NCBI RefSeq assembly: GCF_009914755.1
Contig: NC_060931.1
Reading direction: 5' to 3' (one strand)
Length of the DNA: 64,000 nucleotides
DNA from: the human T2T-CHM13v2.0 reference genome, Homo sapiens
Shown: positions 1 to 14,061 of the stretch, piece after piece
Layout: every line of letters starts with the position of its first letter
How positions within the stretch are numbered: position 1 is the stretch's first letter
Position numbers and translations under genes: made by a program
The notes under the pieces: model-generated
Seen by the model: only the letters and a program-made list of their open reading frames with translations
Told to the model about the DNA's origin: nothing
The model's database searches: none

Positions 1-341
1 CCACAGACCGGGTAGTTTACCAACAATACTTATTCTCACAGCGTGGAGGCTGGAAAGTCCAAGATCACTGTGCCAGCAGATTTGATGTCTGGGGAAAGCA
101 TCTTCTCATGGTGTCTTCCCATGGCAGAAAAGGTGGAAGGGCAAAAAGGAACACACACAGTGTCCTCACATGGCAGAAGAGGTAGAAGGGCCCAACAGCT
201 CTGATGCCTGGGACATTAATCTCATTGAAGATAGAACCCTTGTGGCTTAATCACCTCTAAAAGAGTCCTACTCCTAATGTCATCACGTTGGGATTTAAGT
301 TCAACATGTGAATTTTGGAGGGACACATACAAACCATAGCA
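1..341. mobile_element. MaLR LTR (MLT1A/MST-like), cut by the window edge
   Basis: Characteristic GGCTGGAAAGTCCAAGATC, GTCCTCACATGGCAGAA and terminal ...AAACCATAGCA. Confidence 0.75.
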
Positions 342-759
342 GTCAGAGAAGAAATTATCCATGCTTTGAAAATATGTATATTTAACTTTATAAAACAAAG
401 GAGAGAATTATTTGCCTGGACACCTGAGGTATGAGAGAAAGTTATTAAATACAGGCTACAAGATAATGAAACACTGTATCTCAATTTGTCATGTTAGAGA
501 AATTCTGATTGTATTAAGTTTAAGAAATTAGCAGCTTAGAATATACTTACTAAAATCTAAGAAAGATTTAAAGAATGATCTGCGCATTTAACTCGAGATA
601 TATTTATTTTACTCTTCCTTTTTTTGGCTTGATAAGGCTTGTCAGAGGTTTGTCTCAGTTTTTCTGCTTTTGATAATCATTTCTCTTCCTCCAACACCAA
701 CTTCATCTCCCCTTCCCCATCCCCTACAGATACGTCTTAATTAAAACATAATACTATGC

Positions 760-1850
760 CCATAAACTTGAAAATATAAAAGAACAGAAGTTTCTAGAAA
801 AATATACAAAGGGTCAAAATAGGCAGGAAAAAAGAGAAAGCCTAGATATTCAATAACCATTATGGAAATTGAAATGTTAATTATCAACTACCATCAAAAG
901 GCTGCTCCTCTGCCCTGCCCTACCAACCCCTAAAGAAGCTCCAAGTTTAGAAAGTCTTAATGAGGAGCTCTATTGGAATTTCAATAATGAGATATGACTA
1001 TATCTTAAAAAGTTTTTCCCAAAAAGAGCAAACAAAAAATGACCCAACTCATTTTATAAGTTTGACACAGTTTTGCACTGCAAGTTAAGGACAGCAAATT
1101 ATAAAAAGAAGAATTTCACTTACACAGAGGGAAAATATCCCAAATAAAATATCAGGTAGCTAAATCCAATAGTCTGAAACATTGCAGCTAGCAGTATTCA
1201 CCCCAGAATCACAAAGATAGCATTATAGACTTACTGATTTCAAACTAATTCACATTAGACAAAAAGAAAAAAGTAACATGATAGCTACATGTAGGAAAAG
1301 AATGAGATTTCAAAAAGCACAATATCTATTTGATTTTTTTAGAGAAATAAGCCTTTTTAGAGAAGTGAAAATTAAAGGTAGATTAAATTTGATAAAGTCT
1401 TTATCAAAAAAAGAAAACCTGCATCAAGCATTATACTTAAGAAATGAAACAGTCTCTTTAGTGATGGAATCTAGAAAAACATACCCCATTACTGCAACAT
1501 GATACTGGAGGTCCTGACCAAAGCAACAAAGATAAATAAATAAGGACCAGTGGGGAAAAAAACACAAATATGTCGTTATTGCAGACAATACAATCATGGG
1601 AGTAGAAAACTTACAATTCAAATAGAAACAACACCAGAGTTCAATAAATTTGCCTGCTATAAGTTCAATATACCTGACAGAAAAATACTGTAAGAGCAAA
1701 TGTCAGTTAGAAAACATGATAGAAAATAACATATTAGAACAGATAAAAACTAATCTAAGAAATTACTAATATAAAGTAAAAAATCCTTCAAAGAATGTAA
1801 CAGATCTGAATGAATTATACTATCTTCACAAATAAGAAAATTTGAAGACA
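760..1850 (+). mobile_element. Ancient L1M ORF2 fragment
   Basis: A-rich, with degenerate ORF2-like segments (GACCCAACTCATTTTATAAG; TTGCAGACAATACAATC resembling the FADD region). Confidence 0.55.
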
Positions 1851-3748
1851 TCAACTTAATCCCAAGATCTTTTTCAGTTATAAAATTTACTGAGGGTAGA
1901 AAATAATTATTGGAATACAGCCTTTACACTTACGTGCCTGAAAGTTAAAGTTGTGTCTTTTTACATTAAGGCATAAAATGTGAGCATCTGAGCCTCAGGT
2001 ACTTATACCCAAAAGGTCATAATAATAGTGTCCATCCTAAAAGCACTGGACACAAAAGACAAATATCTTAAAAAATAATTTCAAATCTAAAATAAGTTTG
2101 ATCAATTGATGAATGAATTCTTAAAAGTCAAAACATTCTAGCATCCAAACCCAAGGTTGCACTGTAAGTTGGTATGTGTATATTGCCTTTTGTGCCAGAC
2201 AGATAAGGAATGGAGGCATCTGAAGAACTCTCCATTCCATTTTCTATGAGTCCTGATTGAGAAGGAAATCCCACAGCAGTGCGTTGCATGCTTGTCTTTA
2301 TTTCAACTAATGTTTTCAGTGTGTAAAATGTTGTGTAGAAGCAGCAGACTTGCAGGTTGCTCAGTGAAATTGGCATGATACAGATGTGATAGGTAATGTT
2401 CAATGATGAACTAATGCTCAACATTATCTGCCATGTAATCAATGTGCAGTGTGGCCTAAGCACCACAAAACATCCAGATTTAAAGCATGAATTCTCTTGG
2501 GTTTCAAGATTGCTTATTTCCTGAAAATTTTGGTAAATTAAAATCTGCCCATCAAGCAAATCAGGGAGTAAATTTTGTCATGGCTTGATTTTTATTAACC
2601 ATCAGCCAGCCCACATAACAAATGTTGAACAACAACCTGTTGTTGACGTGTCTCCCAGACTGTGAGAGACATACCTAGATCAATTTATAATATTAAAGAA
2701 TTCCAGTAAAATCTTCCAACTGGAGGAAACTTAACATAAGATTTCAAATTTATAGAAAAGTTATAAAGGTCAATACCAAGTGTATCAGTCACATCTTGTT
2801 CCCTGCCTCAGATTCCCTTGGTCTCATCTGTCTCCTAGGCTCCCTCCACCAGAGTGACTAACTGCTTGTGGGCCCTCATGGTCCTTTAACTGAGGACAGC
2901 AGCCAGAGTCTCTGATTTCTACCTATAGCTTCCTCTGGAGACAGAGAACCATGATACAGGTCATAGGATCTGGCTTCTCCCTGTGACTGAAGGAGCTAGG
3001 AGTTCACTGCCTCTGGGAGAAATGCTAACACAGAGGGAGATGTCAGATGAACTCTCAGTCTTAGAACAGGACATTGGAGGTAACAATACAACATTTTTGG
3101 ATAAGCCTGTCTGGATATGTCCCCATGTGATGAAGTGACCAGCTGTGTTTGTGAAATAATGGCCAGATTTGTAATCATCATCTTACATCAGTACTTAAGC
3201 CTTGCCTAAGGCTCTATTTGCTAGGGAACCTGTGCTGAAACGATAATCTTGAAAGTAATTAACAGAAAATGAAACAATGTGGTAGTATCACAGGAGACAG
3301 TGAATAATGAACCCAGAAATAAATCTACATAAAGCAACATAATAGAGGCACAAATTAGTCAAAAAAATGGATGATTTTATAAATGATGTTGAAAAATCTC
3401 TCTTTATAAAGATGAAAAAGGCAGGTGCCCTGTATCAGAGAATATTTTAAATGACCTCCAAACAAACTTAAGGCCTAAGTGTGAAATGGAAAATAGAATA
3501 AAATACAACCATGATACGGACAAGAACTTAAACAAGACCTTCAACTCAAGATTTGGCCACAAAGTAATATATTAATGTATTAAAGACAACACTGACAAAC
3601 AGATTCAAATATATTTGTAATGTGTAAGACCAAGAAAAAAATTGTACCTAGGATGTATACAAAACCCTACCACATCAACAAGAAAAAGATAAGACACCCA
3701 GAAGACAGTGGACAAAAAACATTAAAGCATATTGAAATGTTAGTAAGT

Positions 3749-4099
3749 GCTTTACTCCACTTAGACTGCTAAAACAAAATATCTCAGACTGCATAGTTTA
3801 TAAAAAGAATTTATTGCTCATAATTCGAGAGGCTGGGAAGTCCAAGATCAAGGCTTCAGACCCTGTGTTTGATGAGGACCCATTCCTGATAGATAGCACC
3901 TTCTTGTTGCATCATCACTTGGCAGAAGGGGCAAACAAGCTCCCTCAGGCCTCTTTTCTAAGTGTACTAATCTCATTCATAAAGGCAGAGCCGTCATGAT
4001 CTAATCACCTCCCAAAGGTGCCACCTCTCAATACTATCACCTTGGTGGTTAGGTTTCAACAGGAATTTTAGGGGAAACACAGACGTTCAGACCATAGCA
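3749..4099. mobile_element. MaLR LTR (MLT1A-like)
   Basis: GAGGCTGGGAAGTCCAAGATCAAGG ... TAATCACCTCCCAAAG ... TTCAGACCATAGCA. Confidence 0.8.
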
Positions 4100-5206
4100 A
4101 TAAGTAACACAAACATGAACAAACATACAAAGCTGCATCCTCACTAGCAATGTAGTTCAATTAAAACACAAATCAATATACAGCCATCAAATTGACAAAA
4201 GCTAGAAAATTAAAGATCATTAAAAGCTACAGAAGATGTGGCTGAAACTATAACCACTGCTAACCTTATATAACTATATTTATTAGTCTTATAGAAACTC
4301 ACAGAAACTTACAGAACTAGAATCACTTCTAAACTGCCATACATATGAACTGAAAACAGATAAAAGTAATTTATGCTTTTAGGCTAATGGTTGAGAATGA
4401 AATTTCTGGGGATAGCAAAGAGTATACTCAAAGAAGATCCCAGCCAAGTCACCAGATCATTTTTTCTACAGCTCTTCATAATTTTTCCAAAATGGAACCA
4501 AAGAAAATGACATGACTATATGAACCTACCTAGTAGAATAATTGAGAGAATTAAAAAAAAAAAGGCAAGAGGGAGAAAAATAAAAAAAAAAAAACATGGG
4601 AAATATGACAAATAGGAAGACGCATGACCGTGAAGAGATAAACACTTTCCAAGTCCATCACCAAGATTGTCAATTTACTTCCTCTGATGAAATACCATAA
4701 ACATATAGATCATGTTTTCATTAATAACTGCGATGTGCCACTTTGGTACTGTGGTTTGCAACTGACTTGTGTAAGAAACAATGGTTTGCAAATACTTTCA
4801 CTAAAGTAACAAGTCAGCTCTTTCTGACTCAAAGCTTCATCTTTAAATCCCTACTCATTTCTCTTTATAAATCATTTTTCTTCATATGTTCTTTCACTCA
4901 CCCTCCTGAGGATCTTTTCATTCCTTGCCCCTTTCCTCAAATCTCCATTTGTCAAAATTTAAAAAAAAAAACTTATGCCTTCTTATCTCTTTCTACTATA
5001 CCCCTTGCTCCCTGTGCCCACTGTGCCCCCTATCCTAAAACTCAATGTGACATGAGGTTTCCCCTGAGGCTCTTCCTTATCTGCAAATCCAATCCAGGCA
5101 CAACCGAACAACTAAGCAAAAACAGCCAGGGAGGAAGGCAGGAAAGGAGAAGAAATGGGGAACTACACTGTAAAAACTGAAATAAAACTTCTGAGAGTTG
5201 TAATGC

Positions 5207-5472
5207 TTGGTGAATATAAAGAAAAGACACTTCATAAAATTTCATCTTTTTGACTTGTTCCTGTTAACTCAGTATTTAAAACCCAAACTTGTTGACAGTA
5301 CGAGATACAAGTCTTATTTATTCTAGCATGTGGGGTACATTGGTGAATATAAAGAAAAGACACTTCATAAAATTTCATCTTTTTGACTTGTTCCTGTTAA
5401 CTCAGTATTTAAAGCCCAAACTTGTTGACAGTACGAGATACAAGTCTTATTTATTCTAGCATGTGGGGTACA
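5207..5472. repeat. 133-bp tandem duplication (2 copies)
   Basis: 5207-5339 and 5340-5472 are identical by eye except one A/G difference (TTTAAAACCC vs TTTAAAGCCC). Confidence 0.93.
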
Positions 5473-6866
5473 GGCAGGCTATGAATTATGAATGGGAATT
5501 CCTGTCATATTTCTTTAATTTTATAGCTATTATATTCAGCTACCCACAGATAAGCGACGGGAATCTTTAAAAATGCGGGGAGGGGTTGTTTCAATTAAGT
5601 TAAACAGGCACTTAAAAAATACACCTTCTCAATCTCCATTATAAGATTAACACTTAAATATTACATGTCTCCATCGTCAAGTCTAAGAAATCAAAGCAAA
5701 AGGTACATAATTAACACCCCAGAGACTGATTCTGTCACTGGCTGAATCCTGCTGTATCTTTCATGAATTTTCATTCAAACCTAATTGACAAATTACCTTC
5801 TAAAATTCTCTATGTACAAAAACCTTGTGTTAGAATCAAGGCCAGGTCTCTGAACAATAAAATTCAGAATACCATCTGTGAGCATAACACCAATTTTCAC
5901 AGGAAATGAATTTTAAAAAGCTTCTTTGTATAATAATTTATTATTTTTCCTCAAATTGCACAGAAAAGAATTTCACATTTGAAGATTCAATAAGAATCCA
6001 CTGGACCAATCCGTGGGCTTTTCTTCATGTTCCTGAAGATCGCATAGTTTCCACTCTTGAAATTTGTATTATTCTTTTGTTATTTTCTTTAGAAATATTT
6101 TCCTTTAGCAAACTCCTAATGTGTCATTAAAAATTCTCAAGGATGAAATAGTTTTCGTCTCCAATCTTAATAAAATAAAACTGAACAAATACCTAGTTAC
6201 ATGGAAAAGCCCAAGATTCTTTGAAAACAAACACATACGAATTTATGTATCTTAAGTAAAATACAATAGATTTTGACTTTTAAATTATCAATCCAGACAT
6301 TGGCACTAGTAGCATTTTGGTTTTCACAAGTGCCATCAACCTTTCTGATTTTGTGTGTGCACTTACACTTACAAACAGGCATATATAGATTTTATATAGT
6401 TGTTATTACAACTTTATATATTAGTTTCTCAGTAACACTCTAACATCAACAATTTCATGATCAAATTCTGCAAAAATAATTTTTAGTGACCCTTTAAAGC
6501 TTCTATTAATAAATGTCACAATTTTATTGATCTCTAGAAATAAAGGTTCAGTAAAAATGACCACACTTATAAAAATGCTGCAAATCACCAACCTTACACA
6601 CGGATCTTTGCCCATACTTCCAATAATTTTTCAGATGAATTTCTTAGAGATTTAAGGGGATTTCATTAATGTGTATGTACTTAATATATGCACATATATA
6701 ACTCACATCAAATCTGTTTATATAACTGGCATTAGTGTTAACATATAAAATATGTGTCTACATATATGTATACACATGAAATTCATCCAGCAATATTTAA
6801 GAACCTAATCCATGCCATAAACTCTTCTAGGTGCTAGAAATGAGACTGAACAAGACAAAGTCCCTG

Positions 6867-7348
6867 TGTAGCAGGAAGAGCCACAGACAAAACCTCTCAG
6901 ACACCAAGTTGTAGAAGGAAGGGCTTTATTCAGCTGGGAGCATCGGCAAGCTACTGCCTTAAAATCTGAGCTCCCCGAGTGCACAATTTCTGTTCATTTT
7001 AAGGGCTCCCAACACTAAAGATTTCACATGAAAGGGTCGTGACTGATTTGAGCAAGCAGGGGGTACATGACAGGGGCTGCATGCACTGGTGGTCAGAGAG
7101 AAACAGAACAGGGCAGGGAGTTTCACAATGTTCTTCTATACAATGTCTGGAATCTATGAATAACATTGGTTTCTAAGTTATGAGTTGATTTTTAACTACT
7201 GGGTTTAAGCCAGGCAGGCCCAGGCCTGGTTTCGGGCCTGGCACCAGGCTGCCTGTCTTTGGTTTTACTTCCTTGTTGTTTTTTCTTAAAACAGGTACTG
7301 AGTATAAAACAGTATAAAATAATATGAGACGGTCTTTCTCTTCCTTCA
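6867..7348 (-). mobile_element. ERV1-class solo LTR (LTR6-like, tentative)
   Basis: TG...CA termini and a 4-bp TSD CCTG (6863-6866 / 7349-7352). AATAAA on the minus strand near 6925. Interrupts an L2-like segment. Confidence 0.82.
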
Positions 7349-7469
7349 CCTGCCCTCACAGAACTGAGGTTTTAATAGGAAAGATACACACCAAAAAAGA
7401 TATATCAGGTAGTGATATCTAATAAGCAAAACTAAAGCAGAACAAAATAAGTATGATCTTTTTTTTGCC

Positions 7470-10400
7470 CCCAAGATGGCAGATAGCAGGCAGTATTAGC
7501 GTGACTAGCTCACTTGGAAGGACAGAATAGGGGGTAGAGATTCACATTGTGATTTTTTTTTCCCCCAAGAACCACAATAGGAACTTAACAGGAAAAATAC
7601 AAAAGAATCCACAGACCCTTTGAAAGAAGTGGCAGGCTGCAGCCTACTCTGTGAAGACAGATGAAAAACTCTAAATGTCCAGAATGTGAGAGGGGGAAAG
7701 TCTGCCTCCAATCATACATCCCCACTGGGGAATCTGAAAATCCAAACCACAGCAGAAGCTCTTAACCCTACCCAGAGCTGGACTGGATTTAGGGAGTGGT
7801 GTGAAATATAAAAGTGGAAGCAACAGCAGGAAGTCCCTTGCAGGCACTCCCAGTCTCCAGCACTAGCCAAGGGAAGCCATTCCTGACTATATTTCAGAGA
7901 AGCCCTCAGGGAAGTTAGCCAATGAACTCAGGGAGGGGTTGCAGGGTGAAAGAAGCTCACAACTGAATTCTGTGATATAATCTCAAGTGGGGATAAACTC
8001 CCTTGAACAGAACCCAAGGGTAAGCTGGAAGTGTGCCACAGATAGGAGTGCAGGATCTGGGTGCCCAGCCTTGTGGGGAGATGGGGAGGGACATGGCCTG
8101 AAAGCCATAGTTGCTATTTCTGCAGGGAAATAAGCCAATGTACAACCAAGGAATCTCAGAGTCTGTGTCAGTCCCCTGCCACCTCCATCAGAGCTGAATC
8201 CACTGCTGGGAGACTTGAATACATCATTGGATCCCTTGCAGACATTCCCCAGCACCAGTCCAGAGTCTGGTAGCCCCACTGGGTGGCTAGACCCAGAAGA
8301 GCAATATCACTGCAGTCTAGCACTCAGGAAGTCCCATTCCTAGGGAAAGGGAGAGGGCACTACATCAAGGAAACACCCTGTGGGACAAGAGAATCTAAAC
8401 AACAGGCCTCGAGTCCCAGATCTTTCTGCTGGTGGGAAGTTTCTTACAGCAGAGACATAATTGCAGTGCTGTGCAGTAGGGAAAGTCTGCACCTCTACAC
8501 CAACAGGCAGGCAGCCTCTGTAATCATGAAGGGTTTTGGAGAAGGGGTCCTTGTCCTCTGCCCTCCCCCACCTGCCACCCCATACACCACACTGCAGACA
8601 CAGCTGAGGCTTCTCCCACAGGAATGCAGTGTGAGTGCACCTACCAACAGCCTTCCTGGAACAATTCAGGGTGATTGCACTCCCACAGAAGGGGCACTCC
8701 TGGATTCAGGCTTGCATGAGAGGCAGAGTCACAATTCCTCCCTACTTGGAACATCAACATTCCTACAGATGAAAAGAGCTGCCTGTTTGATATGAATAGC
8801 CAGAACACTGGAACAGGAGTGAGGCTATGAGGTAGATCGCTTTCCTGCTGGCCTGGCAGGGGAGCTGAGGTAGCTCCCACCCTTCATCTAATAAATCTTC
8901 AGCATGTCTAATTGAGAGCTCCCCCAGCCACCTTTATCAAGGCTAGGACCTCTGCCCACCATTGAGTATTACATCTACTCACTTGCCTTAGCTACAACTG
9001 GTACCTACCAAAGGATACCTCCCTATTGACCTGAAGCCTGAATCAACTCAGTAAATAAAATACTGGAGAAAAATTAAACTGTATACCACAACAGAATGAG
9101 ATAAGCTTCAAGAGATTCCTGCCATTCAAACCCCATAGGAGACATTCAACTTGCCCACACACCAAGTACCCAACTCCTACAATCAGCATCTGGGAAAGCC
9201 AGTGCACAAAGATCCTCTATAACTCAGGAACTCATGCAGCATCTTCTCCCCTAAAAGCACCAAAAATCAAATTAGGCTGTAATAAACATTAAAGTCAGAT
9301 CCTTGAAAGGGGAAAAAAATAAATTAAAAAAAAACCCACAGTCCAATCAAAAAATAAATTCAAGAACAATTTGAAGAAATAGTCTACCCAAATAAGAAAG
9401 AATCAGAAAAGTAATTCTGGCAGTATGACAAAACAGGGTTCTATAACAACCTATAAAAGAACACACTAGATCCCAAGCAATGGATACAAACCAAGATGAA
9501 ATCTCTGAAATGCCAGATATAAGAATTCAGAAAGTTGATTATTAAGCTATTCAAGGAGATACCAGAGAAAGGTGAAAAACAACTTAAAGACTTTTTTTAA
9601 ATCTATGATATAAATGAAAAAAATTCCAGAGAAATAGATATCATAATGAAAAAACAATCAGAACTTCTGAAAAGGAAAGACACACCTAGGGAAATACAAA
9701 ATGCAGTGGAAAGTTTCAACAACAGACTAGAAGACGCAGAAGAAAGAATTTCAGAGCTTGAAGACAAAGCTTTTGAATTAACCCAATCAGACGAAGTAAA
9801 AAAAAAATTTTAAAAAAAGAACAAAGTCTCCAAGAAATATTGGATTACCAACCTAAGAATAATTGGTGTGCCTGAGGGAGAAATGAAGTCTAAGAGTTTG
9901 GAAAACTTATTTGAGGAAATAATTGAGGAAAAGTTCCTAACCTTGCTAGAGATCTAGACATCCAAATACAAGCAGCTCAAAAAACTCCTGGGAAATTCAT
10001 TGCAAAAAGACCATCACCAAGGCACATAGTCATCAGGCTATCTAACGTCAAGACAAATGAAAGAAATGTTAAGAGCTATGAGAGAAAAGCATCAGGTAAC
10101 CTACAAAGGAAAACCTATTAGACTAACAGCACATTTCTCAGCAGAAACCTTACATGCCAGAGGGATTGGGGTCCTATCTTTAGCCTCCTGAAACAAATAA
10201 TTGTCAGCCAAGAATTTTCTATTCAGCCAAACTAAGCTTCATAAATGAAGGAGAGATAAAATCTTTTTCACACAAACAAATGCTGAGAAAATTTGCCACT
10301 ACCAAACCAGCACTACAAGAAATGCTAAAATGAGTTCTAAATCTTGAAACAAAAGCTTGATATATCACAATCGAACCTCCTCCACATAAACCTCACAGGG

Positions 10401-10695
10401 TCTATAAAACAATAACATAATGAAAAAAAGGACCTAGGTAAGAGCTAACATGATAAATAGAACAGTACCTCACATCTCAGTAGTAACATTGAATGTAAAT
10501 GGCCTATATGCTGTATTAAAAGACACAGAATGGCAGAATGGATAAAGCCAACCAAGTATCTGCTGTCTTCAGGAGACTTACCTAACACATAAGGACTCTC
10601 ACATAAACTTAAGGTAAAGAGGTGGAAAAATACATTGCAAGCAAACCAAATGGAAACCAAAAGTGGGCAGGAGTAGTGATCCTTATACCAGAAAA
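7470..10695 (+). mobile_element. Old primate L1 (L1PB-like) 5' half: 5'UTR, decayed ORF1 and start of ORF2
   Basis: CCAAGATGGC 5' start, ORF1-like AACCTAAGAATAATTGGTG and CCAGCACTACAAGAAATGCT, and ORF2 start region TAACATTGAATGTAAATGGCCT. Ends abruptly near 10695. Confidence 0.82.
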
Positions 10696-10783
10696 AGGGA
10701 TACATGATAGATGCTGCTACTTTAAGATTATAAGATTATCAGGTAAGACTTCTTTGAGGAGGTGATGTTTGCTACAGACCTCA

Positions 10784-11095
<312 letters not shown>

Positions 11096-11624
11096 GAATA
11101 GAAATAAGCAGTTTAAGATCTGGAAAGAGTGACCTAGGCAGAGGAAGAGCAAGCATGTGGACCATTTTTAATACATTTATATGCACAGCCTTTTATGATC
11201 ATTCGTTTGAACAAATATATACTTGGTGTTAGTAATATACCAGGCAGATTGCTAAGAAGAAGACAGATACCATCCCTGCCTTCACAGGGCTCACAGCCTA
11301 GCAGAGGAGTTTGACATTTCACAAATGACTTCAAGTAATTATTCAATTGTAAGTCTGATGCTGGGGAGAGATGAAAAACAGGCACTAAAAGAACACAGAA
11401 CGGGTCAGCCTAACCTGGTGTGGCCAGACAGAAAAGAATTCCTTGAATAAATGATAATTACAGGATAACTAAATAATAAGCAGCAAGGTAGAAAGTAAGG
11501 TTCTAGATAGTGGGAATCTTGTATTTGAAGAATTAGAGTAAGCATGGCTAGAGCATATATAAGGGGGCAAATGAGATAAGCCAGAAGAAACAGGGAGAAG
11601 AAGCAATCCAGCCAGTCAGCATAT

Positions 11625-12950
11625 AGAATGGCAGTTAGACATTTGTGACCTTCCAGCACCATTTGAAGAGGAAGAGTTATCTATAACCTAAAACTGCACA
11701 CCTTTTATTTTGCCACATTCAACAGTGACCATGGATCAGCTTGCAGTGAGTTTCTTCTAACTGACTAACTTCATATGACACCTTGGTTACAATTGCCAGA
11801 TATCTGCTTGTGATGGTTAATATTAGGTATTAACTTGATTAGATTAAAGGATGCCTAAATAGCTGGTATTGTCTCTGGATGTGTCTGTGAGGGTGTTGCC
11901 AGAGGGGAGTGACATTTGAGTCGGTGGACTGGGAGAGGAAAACCCACCTTCAATGTGGGTGGGACAATTCAATTGGTTGCCAGCACAGCTAGAACGAAGC
12001 AGGCAGAAGAAGGTGGGATAAGCTGGCTTGCTAAGTCTTCTGGCTATCATCTTTCTCCTGTGCTGGATGCTTACTCCTGTTCCCTCTGCCCTTGGACATC
12101 AGACAACAGGCTCTTCAGCCTTTGAAGGCTGCACTCTCAACTTCTCTACTTTTGAGGCTTTTGGACTTGAATTGAACCACTACCAGCTTCTTTCTTCCCC
12201 AGCTTGCAGACGGCCTATTGTGGGACTTCACCTTGTAACTGTGTGAGCCAATTCTCCCTAATAAATTCTCTTTCATATACACATATATCCTATTAGTTCT
12301 GTTCCTCTGGAGAACCCTAATGCACTGCTCAGCTCCCAAATGGTCAACACTATTATGTATTTTCTGCATGCATTCCTCAAAAGGGACAAATTCCAAGTCT
12401 TCTCATCACATCTACCAGTCTATCTGCATCTTTCTTCACCTACTCTTTCCTCCTGTCCCCATGGATGAACTATCCATATTCCCAGCCAAGGTCAACTTCA
12501 ATACCACTAATGCAGTAGGTCCCATCCACTCTCACTTTACCACTGTCTTCTCACTGTGGAATCACCCCCATCAGCATAACAGTGTGCTGTTTTATCATCC
12601 ACCTGAAAAAAAAATCAAACTTAATCTATAACTATTCAGCTACCTCCTCCCATTTCTCTACTCAATATGTATAAAAGTTCCTCCAAAAATCAGCCCTTCT
12701 ATTCTTAGATCAATTCCAACAAGATTTTCATATCCACCACTCCCATCAAACACTGGTAATCTCACATTTCAAATGTTGATGTACAGTTCTCAGTCCTCAC
12801 TTTTTAGAAATCCTAGGCAACATTTAACAGAATGGCAATTAGACATCTGTGACCTTCCAGTACCATTTGAAGAGGAAAAGTTATCTATAACCTAAAACTG
12901 CACACCTCCTTTTACTTTGCCATGTTCTACGATGACCATGGATCAGCTTG
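11625..12950 (+). repeat. Dispersed ~120-bp direct repeat (11625-11743 and 12829-12950)
   Basis: AGAATGGCA.TTAGACAT.TGTGACCTTCCAG.ACCATTTGAAGAGGAA.AGTTATCTATAACCTAAAACTGCACACC...TGACCATGGATCAGCTTG occurs twice. Confidence 0.88.
11809..12324. mobile_element. ERVL solo LTR (MLT2A-like)
   Basis: TGTGATGGTTAATATT... to ...GAGAACCCTAATGCA with a 5-bp TSD CTGCT (11804-11808 / 12325-12329). Confidence 0.88.
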
Positions 12951-13314
12951 TATCTGATTCAGCTCAATCAGAAAGTACTTTCTGCATTAAGTTTCTGGGA
13001 TACTACCCTCTAATCCTTATGGCCACTCTTCTATCCCCTTACCTAATTCTTCCTCACCTCCTATAGCAAGTTGACTAAAGCACTAGATTAGTTGCTCAAA
13101 CTTATCATCATTGGGAAGTTTCTGACAAGCTCAATATCTGATATTCAATAACTATTTACTCAATGTGCAAACAAATGACAGTAAAATTATGTAAGTACAG
13201 CAGCATTTCCAAAACATGAAAACCAGAAGCAATCCAGTAATATTAAAGAAATTACTTGATTTTTAAGTTACTTACTTTTAACTAAAATTTTGATTAACAA
13301 AATGTCTAAGGAGC

Positions 13315-13845
13315 TGTATAGATAACTTACCATAGTACATCTGAGACTGCTGTTCTTAAAAAGACTGGCTTATAAGACAGGCCCTCAGCCAGCATCTGAG
13401 AATTAACTGACAAGGGCAAGTCAGTGTGCCTGCCTAGACTGTTGGTATCAACAATATGATTTATGCTGAACACCAACTTTCCTTCTGGAAATCTGGAATT
13501 TTTGTATGTGCCAAGCAGAGGATATCCAGATGACCAATCGAACACCCTGGGCATTGTATCTCTAACAGCCCTCCCTGGGCATAAATGTCACACACAATTT
13601 GCTGAATTTTCACTGCTGGAAGGAAGGTGTGCTTTGCATGATCCTTCAGGAGAGGGAGGGAAAAGAGCATCTAGAAGCCTGCAAACGGATCCTCAACATT
13701 CTGCCTGCATCTCTCTCTTCTGATCCAGCTCTATAACCTTAATACTTCATTGTAATAAGTCTTAGCCTTGAGTATAACTATACGCTCAGTCCCATCAGTT
13801 CTGGAAATTCTCCAAATGTGGAGGTTGTTTGGGGAACCTGACATA
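13315..13845. mobile_element. ERVL-type LTR (MER68/MER77-like)
   Basis: AACAATATGATTTATGCTGAACACC...TTCTGGAAATCTGGAATTT and terminal GGGGAACCTGACA. Family call from memory. Confidence 0.55.
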
Positions 13846-13860
13846 ACAGCAGCTTATTCA

Positions 13861-14061
<201 letters not shown>

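Noticed and set aside
7957-8880. 170-aa and neighbouring ORFs
   Set aside because: They lie in the GC-richer 5'UTR of an old L1 and show no recognisable domain.
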